Of a stretch of 64,000 nucleotides of DNA, positions 8,478 to 19,076 are shown in pieces (position 1 is the stretch's first letter; each line of letters opens with the position of its first letter). The stretch is from Patescibacteria group bacterium (GTDB lineage: Bacteria > Patescibacteriota > Minisyncoccia > UBA6257 > GWB1-50-10). The notes beneath the pieces are model-generated. The model saw only the letters and a list, made by a program, of their open reading frames with translations. It was not told the DNA's origin and ran no database searches. The position numbers and the translations under genes are program-made. The stretch covers positions 53,128 to 117,127 of the forward strand of contig JBFLWN010000001.1 of the NCBI GenBank assembly GCA_040757555.1. The letters are read 5' to 3'.

Positions 8478-8514
8478 ATTTGAAAAATATCAAAAATCGA
8501 GTAAAGTCAGAAAT

Positions 8515-9204
8515 ATGAAGGCAATTATTCTAGCGGCGGGAGAGGGAGCTCGCATGCGTCCACTCACCCTCACTACACCAAAACCACTTGTAACTGTTGG
8601 CGGAATTTCATTGCTTCATCACCTTATTGAAAAATTTCCCCCTCATATAAATGAAATTATTCTTGTTGTTGGGTATCTCGGAGACAAAATAAAAGAAATA
8701 ATAGGAGATGAATATCTCGGAAAAAAAGTTACTTATGTTACACAAACAGAACGATTGGGTAATTTTCACGCATTGAAGTTGTGTGAACCATATCTTAATG
8801 AAGATGAATCATTTTGTATTTTTTTCGCGGATGATCTTATTGATAAAAAAACAATTGAAGATCTTCTCGCTCATGAGCTTTCGGTTGCAGTACACACCAT
8901 AGAGGACCCAAGGAAATTTGGTGTTGCAATTACCGATGAACATATGCACATCAAAGAAATAGAAGAAAAACCCGAACACCCAAAATCACGTCTTGCAGTA
9001 ACAAATGGGATGGTACTTAACAAAAAAATATTTTTATATCCTCCAGAGCCCCATGCAAATGGTGAGTTTTATCTCTCTGTCGCCGTGCATAACATGGCAA
9101 AAGAACACAACATAAAAGCAGTTATCGGAAACTTCTGGTTTCCCGTTGCAACACCAGAAGATATTTTAAAAGCTGAAGAAATACTTCGAGAAAAAGAAAA
9201 TTAG
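8515..9204 (+). CDS. Sugar-phosphate nucleotidyltransferase
   Basis: MKAIILAAGEGARMRPLT..PKPL and EEKP motifs. Confidence 0.85.
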   Translation: MKAIILAAGEGARMRPLTLTTPKPLVTVGGISLLHHLIEKFPPHINEIILVVGYLGDKIKEIIGDEYLGKKVTYVTQTERLGNFHALKLCEPYLNEDESFCIFFADDLIDKKTIEDLLAHELSVAVHTIEDPRKFGVAITDEHMHIKEIEEKPEHPKSRLAVTNGMVLNKKIFLYPPEPHANGEFYLSVAVHNMAKEHNIKAVIGNFWFPVATPEDILKAEEILREKEN

Positions 9205-10658
9205 TTTTTTTCGTAATACATCCCAAGTCCAAGGATATCTTTTTCGTACATTTTCTTCCCTATAAGTTGAAATCCAATGGGAAGTTCTTTTTTTTCTCTA
9301 TCGTATTTTTTTACAGGAAGGGAAAGCGATGGCACTCCGGCAAAATTTGTCGGAACAGTGAAAATATCTGAAAGATACATAGATACTGGATCTCCCGTTT
9401 TCTCACCAATCTTAAACGCCCGTGTCGGTGTGGTCGGCATAAATACCACATCAACCCCATCTTCTTTTTTATCAAACACCGCGTTAAAATTCTCGACAAT
9501 ACATTCCTGGATCTTTTTTGCCTTCCCGTAATATGCGTCATAATATCCGGCGGAAAGAACGAATGTTCCCAAAAGAATTCTTCGTTTTGTTTCGGGACCA
9601 AACCCAACTCCCCTGCTTTTTTCGTATAATTCTCTGAGGTTTGAAATTTCAGATTTTAAATCAGAAATATTTCCATATCGAATTCCATCAAATCGTGCAA
9701 GATTTGCACTTACCTCAGCGGGAGTAATGATATAATATGCGGGAACAGAATATTTTATATGGGGGAGACTTACTTCCTTCAGAGTAAATCCAAGTTTTTT
9801 AAACTTCTCAATTGCCATTTCAATCCCCTCTCTCACCTCTTTTTCTAGTTCAAATTCAAAACATTCTTTTGGAATTCCTATCACAAGTTTTTTGATATAA
9901 TCAACATCCATTTCAGTGGTTGATGGTTGTTCTCCTGAAATACTTGTTGCATCAAATCGATCATATCCCTTTATCGCATCATATAGTATTGCCGCATCTT
10001 CAACTGTCTTTGTAATTGGCCCAACGTGATCGAAACTCGAGGCCATTGCGATCAACCCAAAGCGAGACACCGATCCATAGGTGGGTTTCAGGCCTACCAC
10101 ACCGCAAAATGCGGCCGGCTGGCGTATAGACCCCGCAGTATCTGATCCGAGCGCTCCAACGGCCAATCCTGCGGAAACAGCAGCCGCAGAGCCTCCGGAA
10201 GAGCCTCCTGGCACTCTCGTTATATCGTAAGGATTTTTGGTTACGTGAAACGCGGAATTTTCAGTCGATGAACCCATCGCAAATTCATCCATATTTGTTT
10301 TCCCAAGAAACACTACATGTTCATCCTTTAATTTCCTGATGACCGTCGCATCATAGCTCGCAACATAGTGTTCCAAGATCTTGGATGCTGCGGTAGTTTT
10401 TGTTCCCTCAATAAGAAAATTATCTTTAATTGCGAGTGGAATACCGGTAATGGATGACGCCTTCCCTTCACGAAACAATTCATCGGCATATTTTGCTTCA
10501 ACGAGGGCTTGTTCATCCATAAGGGAAAGATATGAGCCTATATCTTTGTCTTTCTTTTTTATCTCATCAAAAAAATACTTTGTAACTTCGGTTACTGAGA
10601 ATTCTTTTTTCCGAAATCCCTCTCCAAGAGAGCGTATAGTAAATGTATGTAAATCCAT
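9201..10658 (-). CDS. gatA: Asp/Glu-tRNA amidotransferase subunit A
   Basis: Amidase signature GKTNMDEFAMGSSTENS and PGGSSGGSAAAV. Confidence 0.97.
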   Translation of the reverse strand: MDLHTFTIRSLGEGFRKKEFSVTEVTKYFFDEIKKKDKDIGSYLSLMDEQALVEAKYADELFREGKASSITGIPLAIKDNFLIEGTKTTAASKILEHYVASYDATVIRKLKDEHVVFLGKTNMDEFAMGSSTENSAFHVTKNPYDITRVPGGSSGGSAAAVSAGLAVGALGSDTAGSIRQPAAFCGVVGLKPTYGSVSRFGLIAMASSFDHVGPITKTVEDAAILYDAIKGYDRFDATSISGEQPSTTEMDVDYIKKLVIGIPKECFEFELEKEVREGIEMAIEKFKKLGFTLKEVSLPHIKYSVPAYYIITPAEVSANLARFDGIRYGNISDLKSEISNLRELYEKSRGVGFGPETKRRILLGTFVLSAGYYDAYYGKAKKIQECIVENFNAVFDKKEDGVDVVFMPTTPTRAFKIGEKTGDPVSMYLSDIFTVPTNFAGVPSLSLPVKKYDREKKELPIGFQLIGKKMYEKDILGLGMYYEKN

Positions 10659-10663
10659 ATGTA

Positions 10664-10963
10664 TTAATCGAACACTGGTGGAGTTTTTAAATATCCATTT
10701 TCCGACTTTGGAAATTGTTCTTTCAAAAGAGAAATATCAGAAACATCTTCTTCTTTATCCTCCCGATACACATTCTTTTCCAACGCACTTCCAATTGTGG
10801 GAGAAACATTGGTGGTGTCGACGTCCTTGAGGCTCTCAAAATAATTGAGAATTGAAGAAAGGTCCGTGTGTAGTTTTTTATTCTTTTCTGCGTCTTTTTC
10901 CAATTCAATGCGAGCGAGGGTCGCAAGATGCTCTATTGTTTTTTCGTTTATTTTTTCACTCAT
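10664..10963 (-). CDS. gatC: Asp/Glu-tRNA amidotransferase subunit C
   Basis: HLATLARI..ILNYFESL..VDT..YLKTPPVF; adjacent to gatA. Confidence 0.9.
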   Translation of the reverse strand: MSEKINEKTIEHLATLARIELEKDAEKNKKLHTDLSSILNYFESLKDVDTTNVSPTIGSALEKNVYREDKEEDVSDISLLKEQFPKSENGYLKTPPVFD

Positions 10964-10985
10964 AAATATATTTTACCTTATCACG

Positions 10986-13031
10986 TCACAAAAGAAGTGC
11001 AAGAAATTCTTTTTCATTCAATATCTTGACGCCAAGTTTTTTTGCTTTTTCTATTTTTGAACCAGGATGCTCTCCTGCCACTACGAAACTAGTTTTTGAT
11101 GATACCGTTTCCGATGCCTCTCCTCCTAATGATCGCACCCGCTCTTTTGCCTCTTCTCTTTCGAGAGAGCTAAGTGTTCCGGTAAAGACAAACGTTTTTC
11201 CGAAAAGTTTTTTCTCCTTATTCTTTTTTTCTTTTATAAAACGTATTCCTATGGTATCAAATTTTTCAATCAGTTTCTTGTTTTTTTCTTGAGAAAACCA
11301 AGAAAAAATACTTTCCGCGACCTTAGGACCGATGTCGGGAATTTGTTGTAATGAATCTTTTGATAGTTTCGAAATAACCGAAAATATATCTTTTGGTGAT
11401 TGTACACCCCTTCCTTCACATGTTTTTTCTGCAAGTAACCGAGCTGTTTCTTCTCCCACATGTAAAATCCCGAGACTATATAAAAAACGTGGAATGGTAA
11501 TATGCTTCTTTGTTTCTATCTCTCGTATAATATTGTCGGCTGATTTTTCTCCGAATCTTTCGAGCACCGCAATATCCCCTTTTTTCAAAACAAAAATATC
11601 TGACGCATCAGAAATTAATCCCTCATCTAAAAATCGATCAACAACCTTTTGACCAAGACCACGAATATCAAACGCCCCACGAGAAACAAAGTGATAAAGC
11701 TGTTCCTTGTGACGCGCGCCACATGTTGTATTTGCACATCGATACAGTGCACCCTCCTCGATTATTTTTCCTCCGTCTGCAGGACAACGCGTCGGCATCT
11801 TGAATATCTTTTCTCTTCCTGTCCTCAATTCAGGAAGCACGCGGACAATTTTTGGAATGACGTCGCCGGCACGATTCACAATAACCGTATCCCCAATTTT
11901 TACCCCTAGTCGTCGAATTTCATCATAATTATGTAGCGTTGCGTGTGTGATGGTAACTCCCCCGACAAACACCGGCCTTAGTTCGGCAACAGGAGTAAGT
12001 ACTCCCGTACGTCCAACCTGAATCTTAATTTCCTCAACAATTGTCGTAGCCTCTCGAGGAGAAAATTTATAGGCAATTGCCGCACGGGGTGCTTTTCCCA
12101 CAACCCCCCCACGTTCAAAAACAATATTGTTATTCTCAATAACCACAATTCCATCAATTTCGTATTCGAGTCCATCACGTTTTTTTTCCCACATATTTCG
12201 AAAACGAAACACCTCCTCAAGTGATTTTACCTTTTTGTCATGTGGATTTATCACAAATCCCCATGATGCAAGTATTTTATGTTTTTCTTCGTGTGTGACA
12301 ATCGGAAAATCAGTTTTTGTTGCAATATCATATTGAAACGAGTTTAATTTCCGCAATGCAGTGATTGACGAATCGAGTTGTCGCACAGAACCCGCCGCAA
12401 GATTTCTGGTGTTCACAAATGGTTTCAATCCTTTTTTTTCCTGCTCTTTATTAATCCGAAGTAATTCTTTTTTCGTAATAAAAATTTCTCCCCGTACGGT
12501 CAGGTTTTGTGGAATTGGCCATTTTCCGAGTTGGGTAAGAGTTTTGGGAATAGTAGGAATTGTTTTTATATTTTCCGTGATATCCTCACCAATATATCCA
12601 TCTCCTCGGGTTGATCCTTGTATTAAAATGCCCCCCTGATACTGCAACTCAATCGCCAACCCATCAATCTTCAATTCACAATAGAACCCCTTATCCCCCT
12701 CTTTTTCTCCACGTGAGGCAAGATAATTTTTTACCCGTTCCTGCCATTCATACATTTCTTCTTCGGAAAATGCATCGTTAAACGAAAGCATGGGGGTCTC
12801 GTGTGATACCTTTTCAAACTTTTCGAGTATACTTCCTCCCACCCTTTGTGTTACTAAATTGTCTTTTATGAGCTCGGGATGTGTCTTTTCAAAAGTTTTC
12901 AATTCGTTGTTTAATGCATCAAAGGCCGCATCAGAAATTTCCGGCGTATCAAATGTATAATAGAGCATCCGATGATACTCAATAAGTTTTTGTAATTTTA
13001 TAATTCGCTCTCGTATCTCATCGTGTTTCAT
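10986..13031 (-). CDS. ligA: NAD-dependent DNA ligase
   Basis: ELKIDG, TRGDG, zinc finger, HhH and BRCT domains. Confidence 0.97.
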   Translation of the reverse strand: MKHDEIRERIIKLQKLIEYHRMLYYTFDTPEISDAAFDALNNELKTFEKTHPELIKDNLVTQRVGGSILEKFEKVSHETPMLSFNDAFSEEEMYEWQERVKNYLASRGEKEGDKGFYCELKIDGLAIELQYQGGILIQGSTRGDGYIGEDITENIKTIPTIPKTLTQLGKWPIPQNLTVRGEIFITKKELLRINKEQEKKGLKPFVNTRNLAAGSVRQLDSSITALRKLNSFQYDIATKTDFPIVTHEEKHKILASWGFVINPHDKKVKSLEEVFRFRNMWEKKRDGLEYEIDGIVVIENNNIVFERGGVVGKAPRAAIAYKFSPREATTIVEEIKIQVGRTGVLTPVAELRPVFVGGVTITHATLHNYDEIRRLGVKIGDTVIVNRAGDVIPKIVRVLPELRTGREKIFKMPTRCPADGGKIIEEGALYRCANTTCGARHKEQLYHFVSRGAFDIRGLGQKVVDRFLDEGLISDASDIFVLKKGDIAVLERFGEKSADNIIREIETKKHITIPRFLYSLGILHVGEETARLLAEKTCEGRGVQSPKDIFSVISKLSKDSLQQIPDIGPKVAESIFSWFSQEKNKKLIEKFDTIGIRFIKEKKNKEKKLFGKTFVFTGTLSSLEREEAKERVRSLGGEASETVSSKTSFVVAGEHPGSKIEKAKKLGVKILNEKEFLALLL

Positions 13032-13046
13032 CGTGGCGTAGAGGGA

Positions 13047-13487
13047 TTAATTGAAACGAGTCGAGAACAGTGAATCCACCACGCGCTCAACCGTATCTTT
13101 TTTCCCAATTGATTTAATACGAATTCCATACACTACCGAATCTTCTTTATTTAAATCCAAACAGTTCACAATTTGAAATTTACTTGCATCCACACATGAA
13201 AGTTCTGTAGTATATGAAGTTCCATTTGATAATCCTCCCGAAAGTTTACATTTCTGGCTGTAATCCAAATTTTCCGCCCCCTGTTCCTTAAAATAACAAT
13301 TTAATGTCGCCTCAACTCCACTATCTGCGGCAAAAAGAGCCATACTCGACTTCACGGTGTCGTTTACTTCACGTAATTGATAAAACGTCATCATCCCCGC
13401 AATCACCGAGGCGCTCAACACTATTCCCCCCGTAATAATTGCGGTGAGTATCATTGTTTGTCCTGAGTTTTTCTTCATTTGGTCCAT
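13047..13487 (-). CDS. PilX-like minor pilin
   Basis: KKNSG/Q hydrophobic N-terminus and ALFAADSGVE motif. Confidence 0.65.
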   Translation of the reverse strand: MDQMKKNSGQTMILTAIITGGIVLSASVIAGMMTFYQLREVNDTVKSSMALFAADSGVEATLNCYFKEQGAENLDYSQKCKLSGGLSNGTSYTTELSCVDASKFQIVNCLDLNKEDSVVYGIRIKSIGKKDTVERVVDSLFSTRFN

Positions 13488-13604
13488 CCCGTTAAAAACA
13501 GATCGCGATCAAAAAACACGATTTGTACTTATATTGCTTATGTTCGACGATAATGTTCATAGTTTTTAAATTAAAATTATATGTGACCGCGGTTTCTAAC
13601 GGGA
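13487..13604. mobile_element. MITE-like element, copy 1
   Basis: Termini tcccgttaaaaac / gtttctaacggga; interior similar to 60030-60148. Confidence 0.65.
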
Positions 13605-13613
13605 CTCATATAT

Positions 13614-14222
13614 TTATTGAGATCTTCTACATTGATACGGATCAGTACTTATTTCTATTGGAAGAATTCTCATACTTACCGCCGTCTCAATGTATGTTCG
13701 TGTATCAGATTTTGAGTCTTTTGGTTTCACCGAAAGCGCCACCCCAATTCTCCACGGATTACAATTATAGTCGGGATGTGCTGATGGATTCGTGGATTTT
13801 TTGTATTGTTGTACTCGAAAACAAAGTGTCTCCACTGATACATTCTTTCCGGTGATATTCTCTCCATTTTTTTGTATCGCCTTGTTCGCGTATGAATATG
13901 TTACTGTCTCCCCGTCGACACTCGGATCGTTTGTCTGCATTGTTCGAAATGAAATAGAAGAAAGACATGGTTCGGTATTTATTTGAGGTAGTAATGCTTC
14001 ATATTGAGAGATATCAAAATATCCCATACGTATCTCTCGAGCCATCTGTTCAAGGATGAGATTCAAATTGTTGTTCACCGACATGAGATCAGTGAGATCT
14101 CTCTGTGCCTTTATTCCACTTACAAAGACCCCAATCGCAAGTGACATAAGAATTCCAAACACTGCCATTGCAACCAATAGTTCAACAAGTGTAAATCCTT
14201 TTTTGTTATTTTTTATATCCAT
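13614..14222 (-). CDS. Prepilin-type minor pilin (PilW-like)
   Basis: KKGFTLVELLVAM. Confidence 0.85.
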   Translation of the reverse strand: MDIKNNKKGFTLVELLVAMAVFGILMSLAIGVFVSGIKAQRDLTDLMSVNNNLNLILEQMAREIRMGYFDISQYEALLPQINTEPCLSSISFRTMQTNDPSVDGETVTYSYANKAIQKNGENITGKNVSVETLCFRVQQYKKSTNPSAHPDYNCNPWRIGVALSVKPKDSKSDTRTYIETAVSMRILPIEISTDPYQCRRSQ

Positions 14223-14229
14223 CGTTCGC

Positions 14230-14748
14230 TTATTTTTCCCTCCAATTTTGGAATATTTCTTCAAGGTTTACGACGCTTCTTTCTCCATTTATTACCCACT
14301 CAACCTCGGATTTTATTGTCATCTCGTTTCCTCCGCTTCCCACCGTCACTGTACGTTTGTAGGGCGTTTCCTTTCCCGCTGCATTATATCCATAGAGCCC
14401 AGTTACTTCATTGAGCCATAGCGCTGTTGTTGAAGAACCAAATATTTCAGTTAATCCGAGGTCTTTATCGGTATCATATTGAACCTCATAGTTTTGATTA
14501 TGGTCGAGTGTTGAATTAAAAAAAACACTTTCAGGAATTGCCACATCGGTATCAATAATATGTTTCATAATCTCTATCCCCTCCGCCGCGAGATATGTCG
14601 CTTCAAATCGATGTACTACATTCTTATTCATACTTGTCGAATGGATAAGGAGTGAAAAAATACCGATAAGCCCAACCATAATAAGTGTGGCGGTTACCAT
14701 AAGTTCAACCATTAAACTCCCTTTTTTATTTTTTATCAGTGAATACAT
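14230..14748 (-). CDS. Minor pilin (PilV-like)
   Basis: KKGSLMVELMV and ATYLAAEGIE motifs. Confidence 0.75.
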   Translation of the reverse strand: MYSLIKNKKGSLMVELMVTATLIMVGLIGIFSLLIHSTSMNKNVVHRFEATYLAAEGIEIMKHIIDTDVAIPESVFFNSTLDHNQNYEVQYDTDKDLGLTEIFGSSTTALWLNEVTGLYGYNAAGKETPYKRTVTVGSGGNEMTIKSEVEWVINGERSVVNLEEIFQNWREK

Positions 14749-14749
14749 A

Positions 14750-15250
14750 TTATTGTGTTGAAATCCCCCCCACACTACTTACCACCACATCCGCTTTTAA
14801 TATCGGGGATGATCCACTTACGTGCAATTCAACCGTCTTCCCTCCTTCAAGTACTTTTATATATGGGCCCTCAAATGTGATTTGTCCGGGGGAATTTGCA
14901 ATAACTATTGGGGTGTTCATAGTAAACATCTCTCCATATGATATCGCTTGAGTCTCATCACACGTTGCATACGGCTGGCCACTTACTTGAATATTTGGAA
15001 CTTGTATAATTTCATATGTATTGGATCCGGTAAACCGCACCCCATATGCACAGACGGTTTCTGCCATATTTCTCTGTAGTGCAAGTGATTTTGCTCTATT
15101 TAAAATTCCAATTAATTTTGCCTGTTCGGTATAGAGCGTAATCTGCTTTCCCGAAGATCGTGTATAGGCAATTAGGGTAGTGGTAAGCACCATCAAAATA
15201 CCAATAACCACGAGAGTTTCCACCAATGTAAATCCTCCGTTCTTCTTCAT
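14750..15250 (-). CDS. Prepilin-type minor pilin (FimT-like)
   Basis: GGFTLVETLVV..AKSLA..YGV. Confidence 0.85.
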   Translation of the reverse strand: MKKNGGFTLVETLVVIGILMVLTTTLIAYTRSSGKQITLYTEQAKLIGILNRAKSLALQRNMAETVCAYGVRFTGSNTYEIIQVPNIQVSGQPYATCDETQAISYGEMFTMNTPIVIANSPGQITFEGPYIKVLEGGKTVELHVSGSSPILKADVVVSSVGGISTQ

Positions 15251-15284
15251 TACCCTTTATTCTAGCAAAAAAAACCGTTCCTCT

Positions 15285-16187
15285 CTATAGATTAAAAAGA
15301 GAGAAATATCCTTTGATGAGATCAAAACCAAAAAATATGGTAATTACAAATGCAACAACAAAAAACGGTCCAAAAGGAAGTTTGTCTTTCATTGTCTTTT
15401 TTTTTGAAAAATAGAGCGCCGCAGCCCATACCCCCCCGAAAATAAAGGCGATCATGCTCGTCAATATGACGTCGGGCCACCCCAACACGATTCCAGAGGC
15501 AAATGCGAGTTTTACATCACCCATTCCCATTCCCCTGCCATTACTTACGAGAAAGAGAAAGAGGAAAAAAAGTCCCGCACCAAAAAACCCAAGAATGTGG
15601 TTATAATATATATTTTGAAATGGTGAAAATATGAGCGCATAATTTCTCATAAACGATTCACGAAAAGGAAGAATGTGGGCTGTATTTGCCACAAAAAGGA
15701 ATATAAGTAGTATTCCCAATATGAAAATAAAAATATTCAATCCGTCGGGAATAATGTAATGGTGTAAATCAATAACAAAAATAAGAAGAAGAGAAAGAAA
15801 TATGAGAATCCAAACAAAAATGAAAAGATAATAGACTCCTGGAGCTAAGAGAGAAACGAAGAGGGTATTTTGTACTCCAAAAAATGAATTCAAAAAAAGC
15901 GGAACAAGAACAAAGGTAGCACCACTTAAAAATTCAACAATCGGGTATTGAAAAGAAATTTTTTCTCCACACGAAGAACATTTCCCCCGAAGAAATAAAA
16001 AACTGAAGAGAGGGATAAGTTCTTTTACTTCAAGTGTTTTTTGACATGACATACAATGCGATCGTCCTGATATCTTTTTTATATCAAAAAATCTCCCCTC
16101 GGGAGAATAACGGAGAATAAGTACATTTAAAAAACTTCCGATTGCGAGACCAAAGAGAAATAAACAAACAAAAACAACTGATGTCAT
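15285..16187 (-). CDS. pilD: Prepilin peptidase
   Basis: GSFLNV, RSHCxxC, GKCxxC, GMGDVKL and PFGPF motifs. Confidence 0.95.
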   Translation of the reverse strand: MTSVVFVCLFLFGLAIGSFLNVLILRYSPEGRFFDIKKISGRSHCMSCQKTLEVKELIPLFSFLFLRGKCSSCGEKISFQYPIVEFLSGATFVLVPLFLNSFFGVQNTLFVSLLAPGVYYLFIFVWILIFLSLLLIFVIDLHHYIIPDGLNIFIFILGILLIFLFVANTAHILPFRESFMRNYALIFSPFQNIYYNHILGFFGAGLFFLFLFLVSNGRGMGMGDVKLAFASGIVLGWPDVILTSMIAFIFGGVWAAALYFSKKKTMKDKLPFGPFFVVAFVITIFFGFDLIKGYFSLFNL

Positions 16188-16249
16188 AAAAAAATTATAT
16201 CATAGATATAAAAAAACACCCCTCACACGGGGTGTTTTTGAAGACATAA

Positions 16250-16654
16250 TTACGGGGCTGGAGTACACGCGCTTCCACTTGCTGTTCCCATACCACTGAA
16301 TCCAGTACTATCGGCACAAAAAGTTTTTGTAGCATCGCTCTTGAGCGGCGCCGAAATTACATATTCATTCGTGGCGTCCCCGGTGTGGGTAAGTGTACTG
16401 TCTTGTGCGGTCACATCATCTTCAAGTTGACCTAATTTTGTCGTCGTCTCTGCACTTAATTCGTAAGTTCCCTTGGTAGCATCATAACTCGCTTCATAGA
16501 GTGCTCTTGCTTGCTGAACTGCACCCATAATCCTTGAGTCTCTTGCTTTGTCTCGTGATGGACCGAGTGCGACCAATACCGTAGCTGATAAAATACCAAT
16601 GATTGCAACCACAACCAACATTTCGATAAGTGTAAAACCTTTATTATTTTTCAT
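16250..16654 (-). CDS. Type IV pilin (probably major)
   Basis: KGFTLIEMLVVVAIIGILS..ARD; C-terminal Cys pair; own terminator. Confidence 0.88.
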   Translation of the reverse strand: MKNNKGFTLIEMLVVVAIIGILSATVLVALGPSRDKARDSRIMGAVQQARALYEASYDATKGTYELSAETTTKLGQLEDDVTAQDSTLTHTGDATNEYVISAPLKSDATKTFCADSTGFSGMGTASGSACTPAP

Positions 16655-16704
16655 ATAAAATCAAAATTTGCTCGACCTTATGTATTGTATTTATTATACC
16701 AAAT

Positions 16705-17910
16705 TTAGAAACTTTGTGTGAGGCTGTAAAGTGGAAGAAGAATTGAGGCAAAAAGGAGTGCAACTCCACCTCCAATCAATACCATGAGCGCCGGCTGGAT
16801 GAGCGTAACTAAATTATCCACCATGTCTTCAATTTCACGCGTATAAAAATCATTTATTTTTTTAAGCAAATCTTCGAGTCGTCCCGTCGATTCTCCAATA
16901 CTGATAAGTTGTGGAACAAGAGGAGGAAATTCCTCAATTCCCTCAAGGATTTTTGATAGTAACTTTCCTTTTCGAATTTCCGAAGACGCATTTTGTAGAA
17001 GATTTTGATATACCACATTCCCGATTGTTCGCGAAGAAATTTCAATTGCTTGTGGAATAGTAAGCCCCCCCTTAATCAGCACGCGTGTCGACTCCGCAAA
17101 GCGGGCAATATACATTTTCTGAAATAATTTTCCAATAATAGGGAGTCTTAAACTCAATTCATCAAATACAATTTTTCCCTCTTTACTTTGAAAATAATCA
17201 ATGAGAACAAACACAAATACCCCGAACATAATAAGTGTTGCCCACCACCATGTGCTCACAAACGCGCCAAAACTCACCAACATCTTTGTATAGAATGGGA
17301 GCTCAACCTTTGCTTCCTCAAAAATCGGCATAATTTGAGGAATAACAAACGTCACCATAACAAGGATTACTATAAAAAACAGCACAATGACAAACGCGGG
17401 GTAAAAGAGTGCGTTTTTGACCTTCGACTTAAGGATGGCCTGTTTTTCGAGATAGTCAGCCAAGAAATCCAATACCTCTCCCAATCGCCCCGTAACCTCT
17501 GCTGATCTCACCATGTTCACATAAAAATCAGAAAAAATCCCCGGATGTTTTTCGAGTGCTTGTGAAAGCGAAAACCCCGCATTCACATCATTTCCCACAT
17601 CATAAATTGTTTCTTTTAAAATCGGGTTTGTTGTTTGTTTATATAGGTTCGTCAAACTATCCGAAAGAGACACTTGAGAAGCAATAAGCGTTGCAAATTG
17701 ACGGGTAAACACCATAACATCCGATGTTTTTATGCGCTTCAAAAATCCAAGTATACGGTCATACCATTGATCCCCCCTCATCTCTTCCAAATTCAAAATA
17801 AAAAGCCCATGACTCAACAAAATATTGAGTGCAGTATCTCGGTTTGTTGCCTCCACATTACCCACTTGAAGCTCTCCTTCTTTTGTTCGTGCTTTATAAT
17901 TAAATTTCAT
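16705..17910 (-). CDS. pilC: Type IV pilus platform protein
   Basis: FTRQFATLI, two T2SSF repeats, GEStG. Confidence 0.93.
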   Translation of the reverse strand: MKFNYKARTKEGELQVGNVEATNRDTALNILLSHGLFILNLEEMRGDQWYDRILGFLKRIKTSDVMVFTRQFATLIASQVSLSDSLTNLYKQTTNPILKETIYDVGNDVNAGFSLSQALEKHPGIFSDFYVNMVRSAEVTGRLGEVLDFLADYLEKQAILKSKVKNALFYPAFVIVLFFIVILVMVTFVIPQIMPIFEEAKVELPFYTKMLVSFGAFVSTWWWATLIMFGVFVFVLIDYFQSKEGKIVFDELSLRLPIIGKLFQKMYIARFAESTRVLIKGGLTIPQAIEISSRTIGNVVYQNLLQNASSEIRKGKLLSKILEGIEEFPPLVPQLISIGESTGRLEDLLKKINDFYTREIEDMVDNLVTLIQPALMVLIGGGVALLFASILLPLYSLTQSF

Positions 17911-17976
17911 TGAATTTATAAACCTCTTGTTTTAACCATCTGAATTTTTGAGATTTGAGATTTAAAATTTTACTTT

Positions 17977-19047
17977 CTATGACCGTTCAAGAAGAATTCT
18001 TAGTTCGGAAGGATTCAATGAATAACTTTCTGCTTGTTCAATTGATATTTCTTTCTTTTTAATAAGATTTACCAATGATCGATTTAAAGACATCATTCCT
18101 TCCTGTACACTTGTCTCAATAACAAGATCTACTTGATAGATTTTTTTCTCCCGAATAAGATTTCTGATCGCGGGATTTACCAACATAATCTCAGTTGCGG
18201 GAACTCGTCCCCCCCCCACTCGGGGAACAAGACGTTGAGAGATAATTGCAACAAGCGTTGAAGCAAGTTGAGAAATAATTTGTCCCTGTTGATTTGGAGG
18301 AAAACTATCAATAATACGATCAATGGTCTGTGATGCAGAATTTGTATGTAATGTGGAAAAAACCAAATGTCCGGTTTCAGCGGAAGTCATTGAAATCGCC
18401 ATTGTTTCGGGATCGCGAATTTCCCCAATCATGATAACATCGGGGTCCTGGCGGAGAATTGAACGAAGACCACTTTCAAAAGAAATCGTATCCTGCCCCA
18501 CCTCTCTTTGAGAGATAATTGCTCTATCTTGAGAAAAAAGATATTCAATCGGATCCTCAATAGTAATAATATGATCGTTTCGTGTGTGATTTATTTCATC
18601 GAGTATCGATGCAAGAGTTGTTGATTTCCCATGTCCTGCGGGTCCCACAATCAAAATGAATCCCTGATTCAAATGAGTGAAATCATGGAGAATGGGGGGA
18701 AGCATCAATTCTTCAATGGTACGAATTTGTGCGGGAATTAAACGAAGCGCTGCAGCCATAAACCCTCTTTGAAAAAACACATTTACACGAAATCGGGCTT
18801 TATCCTCGTAATTATATGAAAAATCAACTTGTTTCTTTTCAAAAAACACTTTTTTCTGCTCTTCGGTGAGAAGCGCCATAATTAACCCTTCTGCATCTTC
18901 TTTTGTAAGTACTGTTTCTTTGGTGAGAGGAATGAGAACACTATCAACACGAATAGTTGGCCTTCGTCCAACCGCAATATGTAAGTCAGATGCATTTTGT
19001 TTTGCGGTAAGGAGTAATAATTCGTTTAACTTTTCTTGATAATTCAT
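17977..19047 (-). CDS. pilT: Pilus retraction ATPase
   Basis: GPAGHGKSTT, TIEDPIE, LRQDPD, ETGHLVFSTLHT and AIRNLIRE motifs. Confidence 0.95.
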   Translation of the reverse strand: MNYQEKLNELLLLTAKQNASDLHIAVGRRPTIRVDSVLIPLTKETVLTKEDAEGLIMALLTEEQKKVFFEKKQVDFSYNYEDKARFRVNVFFQRGFMAAALRLIPAQIRTIEELMLPPILHDFTHLNQGFILIVGPAGHGKSTTLASILDEINHTRNDHIITIEDPIEYLFSQDRAIISQREVGQDTISFESGLRSILRQDPDVIMIGEIRDPETMAISMTSAETGHLVFSTLHTNSASQTIDRIIDSFPPNQQGQIISQLASTLVAIISQRLVPRVGGGRVPATEIMLVNPAIRNLIREKKIYQVDLVIETSVQEGMMSLNRSLVNLIKKKEISIEQAESYSLNPSELRILLERS

Positions 19048-19076
19048 ATGAGTGGTATTTCTTTTATTATAAATGA

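Noticed and set aside
16668-16680. AAGGTCGAG motif upstream of the major pilin
   Set aside because: Only one clear copy in the window, too little to support a regulatory call.
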